Shown: positions 38,487 to 49,156, counted from the first letter of the stretch. The stretch: 64,000 nt of DNA from an uncultured Candidatus Binatia bacterium (GCA_965213675.1 OZ243916.1:2944001-3008000); one strand, 5' to 3'. Notes: generated by a model not told the origin, from the letters alone. Translations and numbers: made by a program.

Positions 38487-39695
38487 ATGATTCACCGTTG
38501 TCGCATAAGCAACTTCCAATCCATCCGCGAAGAAGTGCAGCTTGATTTCCGTATTCCCCGCACCTGCCCCAACCTGCCGCGTTTCCGGCAAGCCCATTCG
38601 GGGAATGGCGTTCGCCTTCCCGGCGTGATCGCCTTCGTAGGGCCCAACGGCTCCGGTAAGACGACATTGCTGCGGGCCATAACCGAGTCCATCGAGTTTG
38701 CACATCGTTCGTTCGATCTGGGTGCGTCCCAAAACATCCCTTACTTCCTCCCGTTTCTTTCTTCGGAGGCGAAGGCCGCTCCAACACGGATTGAAATGGA
38801 CTTCGATGCAGCGTGGTTTTCCGCAGATTCCGGTGAACCGTCCCTCTGCCGGTATGCCCTGGAACTAGAGCGAAACGGTTCCGACCTCAACTCTGTGAGG
38901 GTTTACGCTGAAACGCTCCACACGTTCCCCAACGGGCGCCCTCGGCGAATGATAGAGCGGCGTGGCGACGGCCCGGTCTACGTTGCCAGTGGCCTCGGAA
39001 TACGGCGCGGTGACGACCGCCTCTCGTCCGTGCCTGCCAATGCGTCGGTAATCTCGACTCTCGCGCGTCTGGGGGTGGCTCCGTTCCCTTTGATTGCCGA
39101 GGATCTCGGGAACGTTCAAAGGAATCTCATTGGTTCATCACCTTGGCGACCTGATACCGAAACAGTGACGCGTTTCTACGGGGACCGCCCCGCGTTGCTG
39201 GACAAGCTGTCCGATCGGTTGCAGCGTTTCGATCTCGGGATACAGACCTTGAGGATCGCCGTGTTGCCTGACGGCCAGCCGATACTGCTTTGCGATCATC
39301 ATGGGTTGGACGTGCCCGTCGTCATTTCCCAGGAATCCACAGGTACCCGTCATCTCGTGCATGTGTTCCCCCAGCTCGACTTTGCGCTCCAAACCGGTCA
39401 CGTTGCGATCATGGACGCCCTGGATTCCGAGTTTCATACGGAGTTGGTCGCTGAAGTCTTGCGGTGGTTTCAACGTCCCGAGACCAATCCCCACGGCGCC
39501 CAGTTGATCTGCTCCCTACACAACCAGTCCGTCCTCGAAGAGCTTGAAAAGGAGGAACTCTTCATCGTCGAAAAGGGCCAGGATGGCGCCACCCGGGCGT
39601 ACGGTGCGAAGCAGGTGCACGGCCTCCGCCGGACGGAAGACCTCCACAAGCGATATCGTAGTGGCGTTCTGGGTGGACTTCCCACGTTCGGTTGA
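38487..39695 (+). CDS. RloA/AbiLi-like ABC-type ATPase (AAA_21)
   Basis: NFQSI, GPNGSGKT, ESTGT, QLICSLH, C-terminal YRSGVLGGLP. Confidence 0.85.
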   Translation: MIHRCRISNFQSIREEVQLDFRIPRTCPNLPRFRQAHSGNGVRLPGVIAFVGPNGSGKTTLLRAITESIEFAHRSFDLGASQNIPYFLPFLSSEAKAAPTRIEMDFDAAWFSADSGEPSLCRYALELERNGSDLNSVRVYAETLHTFPNGRPRRMIERRGDGPVYVASGLGIRRGDDRLSSVPANASVISTLARLGVAPFPLIAEDLGNVQRNLIGSSPWRPDTETVTRFYGDRPALLDKLSDRLQRFDLGIQTLRIAVLPDGQPILLCDHHGLDVPVVISQESTGTRHLVHVFPQLDFALQTGHVAIMDALDSEFHTELVAEVLRWFQRPETNPHGAQLICSLHNQSVLEELEKEELFIVEKGQDGATRAYGAKQVHGLRRTEDLHKRYRSGVLGGLPTFG

Positions 39696-39698
39696 CGC

Positions 39699-40250
39699 AT
39701 GCCGCGCCCTCCGTCCATTCCCTCCCGCAAGCGCATCTTCGTTGGGACCGAGGGCGAGAGCGAACGGGCATTCGCCGCTTGGTTGCAGCAGTTGTGCAAT
39801 CAACTAAAACAGCCCGTGCACCTCGATATCTCCCTCGGCAGCGGCGGGGACTGCCTTCAGATAGTGGAAGATGCAATCGTCCGCTATCGAGAACGTTCGA
39901 AGCGACATGGCCGGTTTGCCGATGGTTGTGTGCTGCTCGACGCCGACCGCTTGCGTCGAGACCAGCGGCATGGTCGCGATCCCGAACCCGTCGCGTGTAG
40001 CGCAGGCCTACGCCTTGTTTTCCTCAAACCAAGAATCGAAGGGCTGTTGGTCCGTCTTCATCCCCGCTGTGAGAACCGTCAGTTGTCGGCCCGTAGTGTC
40101 GACGTAGAACTTCGCAGGCTATGGCCGGAGTATCGGAAACCTGCCTCGTCCCGCGCTTTGGCAGAGCGGTTCGGTCTGGATGATCTGCGGCGCGTTTGCC
40201 GTCGCGACGAGGGCTTGGCGGCGGTGCTGAAAGTGCTCGGTTTGGCATGA
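39699..40250 (+). CDS. rloB: RloB-like (TOPRIM-related) protein
   Basis: IFVGTEGESE, LLDAD, PRIEGLLVRLH; 3 bp after the ATPase gene. Confidence 0.75.
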   Translation: MPRPPSIPSRKRIFVGTEGESERAFAAWLQQLCNQLKQPVHLDISLGSGGDCLQIVEDAIVRYRERSKRHGRFADGCVLLDADRLRRDQRHGRDPEPVACSAGLRLVFLKPRIEGLLVRLHPRCENRQLSARSVDVELRRLWPEYRKPASSRALAERFGLDDLRRVCRRDEGLAAVLKVLGLA

Positions 40251-40314
40251 CCCCGGAAGCCTTGGGGACGGGTGTTTGACTCGCACTCGTCGGCCACCCG
40301 GCCGTTGTACTGAA

Positions 40315-41772
40315 TCACTGTTTGTTGTCACCGTGTTGGGCTCCGTCCCTTTTCCCACGGCTGCGGAACAGCGACGCCGCCGCGGCCAGGGCGCACAGCA
40401 CTGCGGCGGTCAGGAACACGAGCTGGAAGGCGGTCACGAAGGCGCCCACCTCTCCCAGGTCCGCGTGGGCGACGCGCCAGCGTTCGAACATCAAGCTGGC
40501 GCCGGTGACGCCGAATACGATGCCGGCGGTGCGCATCATCTGGTTGATGCTGCCGGCGACGCCCTGGTGCTCGCGGGGGATGGCGCCCATGACGAAGCTC
40601 ATGTTGGGCACCTGGAAGGTGCCCAGGCCGAGTCCCACCAGGGCCAGGGACAGGGCCGCGGTGGGGTAGTCGGAGCCTGCGTCCAGGCCGCTGGCCAGCC
40701 ACAGGCCCACCGCCTGCACGGCCAGGCCCGCGGAGCTGAGCCCGGCGGTGCCGATGCGGTCGGACAAGCGGCCGGCGAAGGCGGCGGCAAAGATGGTCAT
40801 CACCGCGGGCGCGAAGATGAGGAGGCCGACCACAACCCCCCGGTAGCCCAGGATGTCCACGGCATAGTAGGGGACCAGCAAGCCGATGGGGAACCGGGTG
40901 GCGTTGGCCGCCAGGGTCAGCAGGTTGGCGAGGGTGAAGGCCGGCCAGCGGAACAGGTCGAGGTTGATGACGGGCGCGGCCACCCGCTTCTCGGTGACGA
41001 GGAAGACTACCAGGCTGACCGCCCCGGTCAGCGCCAGCGCGAGTACCTCCGGATCCGTCCAGCCGAGGTCGCGGCTCCGGGTCATGGCCAGCAGCAGCGC
41101 GCCGGCCGCCAGGGTGAGGGTTACGGCCCCCAGAAGGTCGAACCGCTCGCGGGAGGCCGCGCGTTCCACGGATTGCACGCGGCGGGAGGTGAACCAGGCG
41201 ATGACCAGGGCGGGAAGCGCCCGGTAGAAGTAGACGCCGCGCCAGCCGAAGGCGTCCACCAGCACGCCCCCCAGCAGCGGTCCCATGGCGTACCCCGTGG
41301 CCAGGTTCATCTGGTAGAACCCCAGCGCCTTTCCGCGCTCGGCGCCGCTGACGGCCAGGGTCACCAGCGCCGGCGCCGCGCCGAACACCAGCGCCACACC
41401 CACCCCCTGGAGCATCCGCCCCATGAGCAGCCAGGCGAAGGTCTGGGCGGAGCCGCAGACGACGAACGCCACGGCGCTGATCAGGAGGCCGATGGTGAGG
41501 ATGCGCCAGTGGCCAAAGATGTCCGCCAGCCGGCCGCAGCCCAGCAGCAGGCTGGCGTGTGTCAGCACGTAGCTCACCACCACCCACTGGATGGACAACA
41601 GGTTGATGTCGAACGCCGCGGTGATGGCCGGGAACGCGATGTTCACCGACGTGTCCGAAGACGCCAGCAGGCCGCCGAACCCTGCGATGAGCAGCGCCGG
41701 GTTGGACCAGATGCGGGTCGGCGGTGATGCCGAGTCGGACAAGGAACCCCGCCGATCAGGTTGTGCCAACAC
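40315..41772 (-). CDS. MFS transporter (DHA2-like)
   Basis: DTSVNIAFP, GRLADIFG, GPLLGG, FDLLG; start position uncertain. Confidence 0.88.
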   Translation of the reverse strand: MLAQPDRRGSLSDSASPPTRIWSNPALLIAGFGGLLASSDTSVNIAFPAITAAFDINLLSIQWVVVSYVLTHASLLLGCGRLADIFGHWRILTIGLLISAVAFVVCGSAQTFAWLLMGRMLQGVGVALVFGAAPALVTLAVSGAERGKALGFYQMNLATGYAMGPLLGGVLVDAFGWRGVYFYRALPALVIAWFTSRRVQSVERAASRERFDLLGAVTLTLAAGALLLAMTRSRDLGWTDPEVLALALTGAVSLVVFLVTEKRVAAPVINLDLFRWPAFTLANLLTLAANATRFPIGLLVPYYAVDILGYRGVVVGLLIFAPAVMTIFAAAFAGRLSDRIGTAGLSSAGLAVQAVGLWLASGLDAGSDYPTAALSLALVGLGLGTFQVPNMSFVMGAIPREHQGVAGSINQMMRTAGIVFGVTGASLMFERWRVAHADLGEVGAFVTAFQLVFLTAAVLCALAAAASLFRSRGKRDGAQHGDNKQ

Positions 41773-41817
41773 TCGTGGGACAGCGGCGTTCCGTAATCGT
41801 CATTCCCGCGGATGCCC

Positions 41818-42636
41818 TCAACCGCAGCGTCCCGCCAGCCACTGTTCCAGCCGCTCGTTGTAGGCCTCGGGCCGCGTGCCGCGCATCATGTGGCCGATGC
41901 CTTCCCAGAACTCGAACACGACCCGCGGCGAGGCGATGCTCCTGAGATGGCCCAGCTCCTGGGCGAGGATGGCGCCGGGCTGCGGCGACACCGTGGCGTC
42001 TCCCACCAGGATCAGCGTCGGCACCTGGATGCGCTGCAGGCGCTCTTCGGACGCCAGCGCCCAGTCCCGGTTGTCGGTCAGGAGCCGTGTCAGGGCGTGG
42101 GGCGAGAAATGGCGGTTGCGGTAGACCTCCCAGTCCTCCTGCTCCGGCGAGAGTCCGCGCTCCCTGGCCTCGGCCCGGATTTCCTCCTCGGGCCGCGCGA
42201 GCCGCGCCAGGGCGCCGGGCAGGGCGGTGACGAAGGCGTGCTGCATGCGCCAGTAGACCGGATCCTCCAGGAAGGCGCGGGAGATGTCCTCGGGATGGTC
42301 CGACGCCAGTATGGTGCCGATGTTGCCGCCCCAGGAATGGCCGGCGTAGGCCGGGCGCTCGAGCTTCAGCTTGGCGATGAGCTGGTGCACGTCTTCGGCG
42401 AAGTCGCGCAGGCGGTAGCCGGTCATGGGCTTGTCCGACTCGCCGTGGCCCCGGAGGTCCGGCGCCACCACGTGGTAGCGGCCGGCGAAGTGCTCGGCCA
42501 CTCCCGCCCAGCCCAGGCTGTAGTTGGTCCAGCCGTGGACCAGCAGCAGGTCCGGGTCCGCGGGGTCGCCCCACTCCCGGTAGTGCATCCGGATGCCCTG
42601 AACCTCGGTGAAGCCGCTTCTGGGGTCTTGGGCCAT
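41818..42636 (-). CDS. Alpha/beta hydrolase
   Basis: HGW, DLRGHGES, GHSWG; GGAGG RBS before ATG 42636. Confidence 0.88.
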   Translation of the reverse strand: MAQDPRSGFTEVQGIRMHYREWGDPADPDLLLVHGWTNYSLGWAGVAEHFAGRYHVVAPDLRGHGESDKPMTGYRLRDFAEDVHQLIAKLKLERPAYAGHSWGGNIGTILASDHPEDISRAFLEDPVYWRMQHAFVTALPGALARLARPEEEIRAEARERGLSPEQEDWEVYRNRHFSPHALTRLLTDNRDWALASEERLQRIQVPTLILVGDATVSPQPGAILAQELGHLRSIASPRVVFEFWEGIGHMMRGTRPEAYNERLEQWLAGRCG

Positions 42637-42724
42637 GATCGTCCCTCCATGTGCAACGGACGAGGATAGTGATACACGTTTTGGGAAGTTTTGAGCAATT
42701 GGGACGGAACCAAGAGGAGAGGAC

Positions 42725-44218
42725 ATGAGCCCGACCACAGACTCGTTCACGTTGCCGGAAACCACCATTGCGGATATCCACGCGGCCTACGCCGCCGGCA
42801 GCCTCACGGCGCGCCAACTGACGCAGATGTACATCGACCGCATCGAGTCCTATGACCGGGGAGGGCCCCGGATCAATTCCATCATTACCGTGAACCCGGC
42901 GGCGCTCGAGGAGGCGGACCGCCTGGACGCAGCGTTCAAGGGCACCGGGAAGGCGGGGCCGCTCCATGGCATCCCGGTGGTGATCAAGGACCAGGCGGAC
43001 GTGAAGGGGACCCCCACCACCCTGGGCTCCTTGCTGTTCAAGGATTACTACCCGGACCGGGACTGCCGGGTGGTGGAAAAGCTCAAGGAGGCCGGCGCCA
43101 TCGTATTGGCCAAGACCACCCTGGGCGAACTGGGCGCGGGCGACACCCACGGCTCCCTGTTCGGCTCCACCCGCAACCCCTACGACGTGCAACGCACCGT
43201 GGGCGGCTCGTCGGGCGGTTCCGGCGCCGCCGTCTCCGCCAATTTCGGCACCGTCGGGATCGGGCAGGAGGGACTGGCGTCCATCCGCCGGCCTTCCACC
43301 TGGAATTGCATCGCCGGTATGCGCCCCACGGCGGGCCTTGTGAGCCGTAGCGGCGTCTACTCCGGCTGGCCCCAGGAGGCGGGGTCGCTGGGTCCCATGG
43401 CGCGCACGGTCCGGGACATGGCGACGTTGCTGGACGTCATGGTGGGCTACGACGGCGAGGACCCGCTAACCTCCAGGGGGGTGGGACACGTGCCGCCGAG
43501 CTATACGGGTTTCCTGGACGCGGACGGTCTGCGGGGAGCACGGATCGGCATCCTGCGGACACCCATGGGCTACAACACCGACCCCGAGGCGGACGATTTC
43601 AAGAGCATCACCGGGGTCCTCGACAACGCGGTGGAGGAGCTGCGCGCCGCCGGCGCCGAGGTGGTGGACCCGGTGGAACTGGCGCGCCTGAACGAGTTGC
43701 TCGCCAAACGTTGCGCGGATCCCACCGCCGGGGAAAGGGCCTTCGACATCTACATGTCCCGGAGCGCCAACCCACCGTACCGGACCCGCGAGGACGCCAT
43801 GGCGTCGCCGGACTACCCCAGGCTCACGGCGCAGGTGCAGGCGCGCCTGCGCATCACCTCCGACCCCGCGGACCACTACGAATACCTGCTGGCCCGAGAC
43901 CATCTGATGATCCACCTGCTCAAGACCATGGCTGAGCACCGCCTGGACGCCATCGTGCACAAGGCCGTGGAGCACCAGCCCACGCTCATCGCCGACGGCG
44001 TGAAGCCGCCCTTCGTGAACCACAAGGGCGCGCCGCACCTGAACACGTTTCTCGTCTACGTGCCCACGGTCACGGTGCCCGCGGGATTCACCGCCGACGG
44101 CCTGCCTGCCGGCATCAGTTTCCTGGGACGGCCCTACGAAGATGGCCGAATGATCCGGCTGGCCTACGCCTACGAGCAGGCCACGCACCATCGGCGGCCG
44201 CCGGAGAGCACGTCGTAG
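42725..44218 (+). CDS. Amidase signature family protein
   Basis: GPLHGIPVVIKD, GGSSGGS, SIRRP. Confidence 0.92.
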   Translation: MSPTTDSFTLPETTIADIHAAYAAGSLTARQLTQMYIDRIESYDRGGPRINSIITVNPAALEEADRLDAAFKGTGKAGPLHGIPVVIKDQADVKGTPTTLGSLLFKDYYPDRDCRVVEKLKEAGAIVLAKTTLGELGAGDTHGSLFGSTRNPYDVQRTVGGSSGGSGAAVSANFGTVGIGQEGLASIRRPSTWNCIAGMRPTAGLVSRSGVYSGWPQEAGSLGPMARTVRDMATLLDVMVGYDGEDPLTSRGVGHVPPSYTGFLDADGLRGARIGILRTPMGYNTDPEADDFKSITGVLDNAVEELRAAGAEVVDPVELARLNELLAKRCADPTAGERAFDIYMSRSANPPYRTREDAMASPDYPRLTAQVQARLRITSDPADHYEYLLARDHLMIHLLKTMAEHRLDAIVHKAVEHQPTLIADGVKPPFVNHKGAPHLNTFLVYVPTVTVPAGFTADGLPAGISFLGRPYEDGRMIRLAYAYEQATHHRRPPESTS

Positions 44219-44283
44219 GAGATTTCCGACCCCCTCGTCATTCAAAAACTGCGGTCGGAACGAAATGGCAGGGACGCCCCGAA

Positions 44284-44390
44284 TCGTCATTCCCGCGAAA
44301 GCGGGAATCCAGGGGTGGCGAGGAGGGGTTCTACGGTGGTGCCTCCTCCGCCCAACCCCACCTGGATTCCCGCTTTCGCGGGAATGACGA
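44284..44390. repeat. REP-like palindrome (GTCATTCCCGCG family)
   Basis: Perfect 30 bp inverted repeat 44284-44313 / 44361-44390. Confidence 0.88.
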
Positions 44391-44423
44391 GTAATGGATG
44401 GAACGTCGATGGAAGGAGCCGGC

Positions 44424-45053
44424 ATGCGAGAAAAGAAGAACGCGATCCAGTGGATCTATTCCTCGAAGAACAACACCGAGTTGGAGGAGCGCTACGACGA
44501 GTGGGCCGCTTCCTATGACCGGGACTTGAATGCCGACTTCGGCTGGTTGAGCCCGCGGAAGGCCGTGGATGCCTTCGCCAAACGGGTGCCCCGGCACGGT
44601 CGAATCCTGGACGCGGGCGCCGGCACGGGCATCGTGGGGGAGTTGCTGCACGATGCGGGTTTCGAGTTCCTGGTGGCCATGGACCTGTCACAGGGGATGT
44701 TGGACGAGGCGGCCCGCAAGGGCGTCTACAAGGAGTTCCACCGGATGGCCATGGGTGCCCCCCTGGACTTCCCGCCGCGGACCTTCGACGGTGTCATCAG
44801 CGTGGGCGTTTTTACCGTGGGGCACGCTCCGGCCGGCTCCTTCGACGAGTTGGTGCGCGTGACTCGTCCGGGCGGCCACATCGCCTTTTCGCTTCGCCCG
44901 GACACCTACGAGCAGGACGGCTTCCGGGACAAGCAGTCCTCGCTGGAGGCCGGGGGCAAGTGGCGGCTGGTGGAGGAGGGGGAGAAGTACCAGCCCATGC
45001 CCAAGGGAGAGCCCGACGTGTACCACCAGGTGTGGGTGTACCAGGTGCTGTAG
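44424..45053 (+). CDS. Class I SAM-dependent methyltransferase
   Basis: YDEWAASYD, ILDAGAGTG, DLSQGML; AAGGAG RBS. Confidence 0.88.
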   Translation: MREKKNAIQWIYSSKNNTELEERYDEWAASYDRDLNADFGWLSPRKAVDAFAKRVPRHGRILDAGAGTGIVGELLHDAGFEFLVAMDLSQGMLDEAARKGVYKEFHRMAMGAPLDFPPRTFDGVISVGVFTVGHAPAGSFDELVRVTRPGGHIAFSLRPDTYEQDGFRDKQSSLEAGGKWRLVEEGEKYQPMPKGEPDVYHQVWVYQVL

Positions 45054-45217
45054 GGCGGCGGGTTTCAAGCAGCCGCCCCGCATCCCGCCGTCGGTCGATA
45101 CGCCCGTTCCGGGCTCTCCGCCGTCCGGAGAAATCTTCGCGAATCCCTTGATGCGAAAAGGCCGGGAACGGTATAAGGGACACAAAACAGGGGCTATTCG
45201 AAGGAGGTAGAACGATC

Positions 45218-46336
45218 ATGTCCGGTCAACTCAATACACGCATTATCGACGGCGACGGCCACATCCTGGAGGACAACCCGGGAATCCTCGAGCACATGGA
45301 CGGGCCGTACCGGGACATCGCCGCCAAGAAGGGTATCATCTTCCCGCCCATCGACCATCTGCACGACGGCCGCGCGGTGGAGACGCCGCCGCTCCGGGAC
45401 GGACGCGAGAAGGTCGGCCCTGACGGTTGGCTGAGGTTCCTGGACGACGTGGGTATCGACTGGACGGTGATGTATCCGACCCAGGGGCTGGGCTACGGCA
45501 AGATCGTGAGCCTCGACTACGCCATCGCCGCCTGCAAGGCGTACAACGACTGGACGTACCACACGTATCTGCAGCGCGACCCGCGCTTCAACGCCATGGG
45601 CCTGATCCCCATGCAGGACCCGGAGGAGGCGGCCAAGGAATTGCGCCGCATCGTCACCGAATTGGGCATGATGGGCGCCATGATGCCGTCCAACGGCCTG
45701 CCGCTGCCGCTGGGCGCCAAGGCCTACTGGCCCATCTATGAGGAGGCGGACCGCCTGGGCTGCTGCCTTGCCGTGCACGGCGGCTGCCACGACCGCTTCG
45801 GGCTGGATCAAATGAACATGTACGTGCCCGTGCACGCGCTGGGGCACCCCTGGGGCATCGCCCTCAACTGCGCCAACATCCTCTACAACGGCATATTCGA
45901 CCGTTTCCCCAACGTGCGCATCGCCTTTCTCGAAGGCGGCGTGGCGTGGCTGCTGATGCTGCTGGAGCGGCTGCATGCATCCCACGAAACGCACTTCCAG
46001 TACATCCCTGACGGCGAGTTCAGCATCGGCGAGGATCAGGACCCGGCCAAGATCATCAAGCAGCTCATCGAGGAAGACCGCTTCTACCTGGGCATCGAGA
46101 CCGAGGAACTGACGCTGCCCTTCGCCATCAAGACCGTCGGGCACCGGCCGTTCCTGTACTCCTCGGACTTCCCCCACGAGGTCACCACCCAAAGTTGCAT
46201 CCACGACCTCGGCGAGCTGATGGAGAGCGAGGAGATCACCGGCGAGGACAAGGCCGCCATGCTCTACCGCAACGCGGAGCGGTTCTACAAGCCGGAGGGC
46301 ACGGGCGCGGAAGCCGCCAAGGCGGCCAAGGCATAG
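45218..46336 (+). CDS. Amidohydrolase_2 family protein
   Basis: IDGDGH, AYNDW, FLEGG, SSDFPH. Confidence 0.88.
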   Translation: MSGQLNTRIIDGDGHILEDNPGILEHMDGPYRDIAAKKGIIFPPIDHLHDGRAVETPPLRDGREKVGPDGWLRFLDDVGIDWTVMYPTQGLGYGKIVSLDYAIAACKAYNDWTYHTYLQRDPRFNAMGLIPMQDPEEAAKELRRIVTELGMMGAMMPSNGLPLPLGAKAYWPIYEEADRLGCCLAVHGGCHDRFGLDQMNMYVPVHALGHPWGIALNCANILYNGIFDRFPNVRIAFLEGGVAWLLMLLERLHASHETHFQYIPDGEFSIGEDQDPAKIIKQLIEEDRFYLGIETEELTLPFAIKTVGHRPFLYSSDFPHEVTTQSCIHDLGELMESEEITGEDKAAMLYRNAERFYKPEGTGAEAAKAAKA

Positions 46337-46445
46337 CCGGTTCCACAGGGCTTTCCCGAGCCTGAAGGGGCAGGGCGTAGGTCACGCTCTGCCCCTTTTA
46401 CAATGAACGTACGAGGGCGCGTGACGCCCCGAGAAGGAGAAGCCC

Positions 46446-47531
46446 ATGAACGAATGCCGCGCCGCCGTGGTGGTATCCCACAACGAACCGCTGGAAATAC
46501 AGAAAGTGCCGATCCCCGAACTGGAGCCGGGGGCGCTGTTGGTGCGCATCGATGCGTCCACGATCTGCGGCACCGACGTGCACCGCTGGCACGGCCCCCT
46601 GGGCGGCGGCGACTCGCTGCCCATCATCACCGGGCACGAGCCGTGCGGCTACATCGAGGAGATCAACGGCGAGCGCACCGACATCCTGGGCAAACGGGTG
46701 AAGCCCGGCGACCGCGTCGTGTGGAGCTACGTCGCCTGCGGCCATTGCTACTACTGCACCGTGGCGCTGCAGCCGTGCATCTGCCCGGGGCGGGCCTCCT
46801 GGGGGCACAACCGCAGCGATGAGTATCCTTATCTGCTGGGCAGCGTCTCCGAGTACATGTACGTGCCGCCGCCCTGCGAGATCATCAAGGTGCCCGAAGA
46901 TGTCACCTCGGCGTCCGCGGCCGCCTCGGCCTGCGCCTACCGCACGGTCATGCACGGCTACGACCGGCTCGGCGCCATCAAGAGCCACGAGACCGTGGTG
47001 ATCCAGGGCAGCGGCCCGCTGGGCAACTTCGCCACCGCGGTGGCCAAGGACCACGGCGCCAAACAGGTGCTGGTCATCGGCGCCCCGGCGGCGCGCCTGG
47101 AAGTGAGCAAGCGCATGGGCGCGGACGCGGTGCTGAACCTCGAAGAGGTCACCGACCCCAGGGACCGCCGCCAGTGGGTGCGCGACCACACCGACGGCCG
47201 CGGCGGCGATGTGGTTATCCAGGTGGCCAACAACATGGCTGTGCCGGAGGGGCTGACCCTGCTGCGCGGCGGCGGCACATTCGTCAACATCGGCGCCGGC
47301 GGCAAGGCCGACATCGGCGTACAGAATCTCCCCCAGGAAATGATCCTGCACACCATCCGCTCCGGCGAGCCGCGCCACTGGCTCCAGGCCATCGACTTCC
47401 TCTCCTCGCGCAAGGACACCTTCCCGTTCGAGGAAATGATCAGCGCCGAGTACAAACTGGACCAGGTGAACGAAGCGCTGCAGGCCATGGCGAAGTACGA
47501 GATCGTCAAGGGGGTCATCCACTTCAATTAG
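46446..47531 (+). CDS. Zinc-dependent alcohol dehydrogenase family protein
   Basis: CGTD, GHE, CGHCYYC, GSGPLG. Confidence 0.92.
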   Translation: MNECRAAVVVSHNEPLEIQKVPIPELEPGALLVRIDASTICGTDVHRWHGPLGGGDSLPIITGHEPCGYIEEINGERTDILGKRVKPGDRVVWSYVACGHCYYCTVALQPCICPGRASWGHNRSDEYPYLLGSVSEYMYVPPPCEIIKVPEDVTSASAAASACAYRTVMHGYDRLGAIKSHETVVIQGSGPLGNFATAVAKDHGAKQVLVIGAPAARLEVSKRMGADAVLNLEEVTDPRDRRQWVRDHTDGRGGDVVIQVANNMAVPEGLTLLRGGGTFVNIGAGGKADIGVQNLPQEMILHTIRSGEPRHWLQAIDFLSSRKDTFPFEEMISAEYKLDQVNEALQAMAKYEIVKGVIHFN

Positions 47532-47724
47532 GAGCTTGCGCCGCGGGAATTCACGCAAGCTTCCAGGGTCGGCCAGCCGGATTGCCTGAACGAGTCTTGC
47601 ACGGGCGGCCGGCTGGTCGCCTCCATCCGTTCGATGGGAATTCGTAATGCGGATACCGGGACTGGCGGGGTCGGACCTTGTATATGGTATTTGCGAGCCA
47701 ACTAACTGATTACAAGGAGATTTC

Positions 47725-48726
47725 ATGCGCACAATCGTGATGGGCACCGGTCCCATTGGGGGCATCATCGGCGGACGTCTGGCCCGGGACGGACAGGACG
47801 TCACCTTCGTGGACGTTGACCGGGAGCACGTCGCCGCCATCCGCGAGCACGGGCTTCAGGTGGACGTGCCCGACGGGGCGTTCAACGTAAAGGCAAACAT
47901 CGTCACTCCGGACGAGATCGAGGGCGCCTTCGACGCGGCGTTCATCGCCGTTCGCTGCAACTACACCCGCGACACGCTGAAGACCGTTGTGCCGCATCTG
48001 AAGGACGGCGCGCTGGTGGTGTCGATGCAGAACGGCATCAACGTCCCGCTTCTGGAGGAGGCGGTGGGCGCGGACCGGTCCGTGGGCATGGGCATCCGAA
48101 TGGGGAGCCGGCGCACGGCCCCCGGACGGGTTCACACCGCGACGCGCGGCCACCTCTACATCGGCCATTCCCACGGCCGCACGACGCCGCGGCTGGAAGA
48201 TCTCAACGCCGCGCTCGATGCGGTGATCCCCAGCGAGATCACCGACAACATCATCGGCGTGCTCTGGAGCAAGCTCACCTACACCTGCTACGGCTATTTC
48301 GGTTCACTGGCCAACAAGTCCATGGTGGAAAGCTGTGCCAGCCCTGACGACCGCCGGCTGCTGGTGGATTTCCTGGGCGAGGTGGTGGCTGTGGGCGCGA
48401 CCGCCGGCGCTCGGTTCATCCCATTGAGAGAGTACAATCCGCCGGACTTGCATCCTGACAAGCCGGTGGAAGCGCGCATGGCGATCGTGAACGGCTACGC
48501 CGAGTCCTGGCGGGACGATGACCTCAAGGGTCCGCTCCGGCAACTGCTGGCGGGGACACGGCTCGAAGTCGAGTTCACCTTGGGCCACGTGGTGCGTGAA
48601 AGCGCCCGGCTCGGATTGTCCACGCCGCTGTGCGATAACCTCCTGGCCATGCTTCTGGATCTGGAAGCCGGCAAGCGCCAACTCGGCCTCGCCAACTACG
48701 CCGAGTTGGCAGCCTGCCGGGCCTGA
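47725..48726 (+). CDS. Ketopantoate reductase family protein
   Basis: GTGPIGG, MQNG, WSKL. Confidence 0.8.
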   Translation: MRTIVMGTGPIGGIIGGRLARDGQDVTFVDVDREHVAAIREHGLQVDVPDGAFNVKANIVTPDEIEGAFDAAFIAVRCNYTRDTLKTVVPHLKDGALVVSMQNGINVPLLEEAVGADRSVGMGIRMGSRRTAPGRVHTATRGHLYIGHSHGRTTPRLEDLNAALDAVIPSEITDNIIGVLWSKLTYTCYGYFGSLANKSMVESCASPDDRRLLVDFLGEVVAVGATAGARFIPLREYNPPDLHPDKPVEARMAIVNGYAESWRDDDLKGPLRQLLAGTRLEVEFTLGHVVRESARLGLSTPLCDNLLAMLLDLEAGKRQLGLANYAELAACRA

Positions 48727-48732
48727 CCGACG

Positions 48733-49096
48733 CCCGCCTTCGTCATTCCGGCGAACCAAGCGGTGTCAAGACTCCGCTCGACCAGGACTTGGCGCCGCCG
48801 CTCGGTACCCGGCACGGCCGCTCCATAGCGGCACGGATACCCCATACCGTCATTCCCGCGGAAGAATCCAGGGGCAGTGGTGGGGCACTACTGGGGCGTT
48901 TGCCCGCCTCGCCGCCCTTGGTCCCGCCCCCGATCGGGGTCGAGGGCAAGCTTTCGCGGGAATGACGACCCGGGGTATTGGTGGCGATTCTCATCCATGT
49001 GGAGTTTGGCACAGCCTGTGTCGCGGGAATGGCGAATTCGTTACGTTTCCTCATGGCGAGCATTGGCACAGCATTTTTCGCAGGAATGACGGCGGG
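48733..49096. repeat. Nested composite repeat
   Basis: Outer CGTCATTCCGGCGAA / TTCGCAGGAATGACG; middle GCGGTGTCAAGACTCC / GGAGTTTGGCACAGC; inner CGTCATTCCCGCGGAAG / CTTTCGCGGGAATGACG. Confidence 0.8.
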
Positions 49097-49156
49097 AACG
49101 CGTTGCCGTCTAACTGAAATACGGACTTACCTACGGCTAGTGGAGGGATCTGTCAT

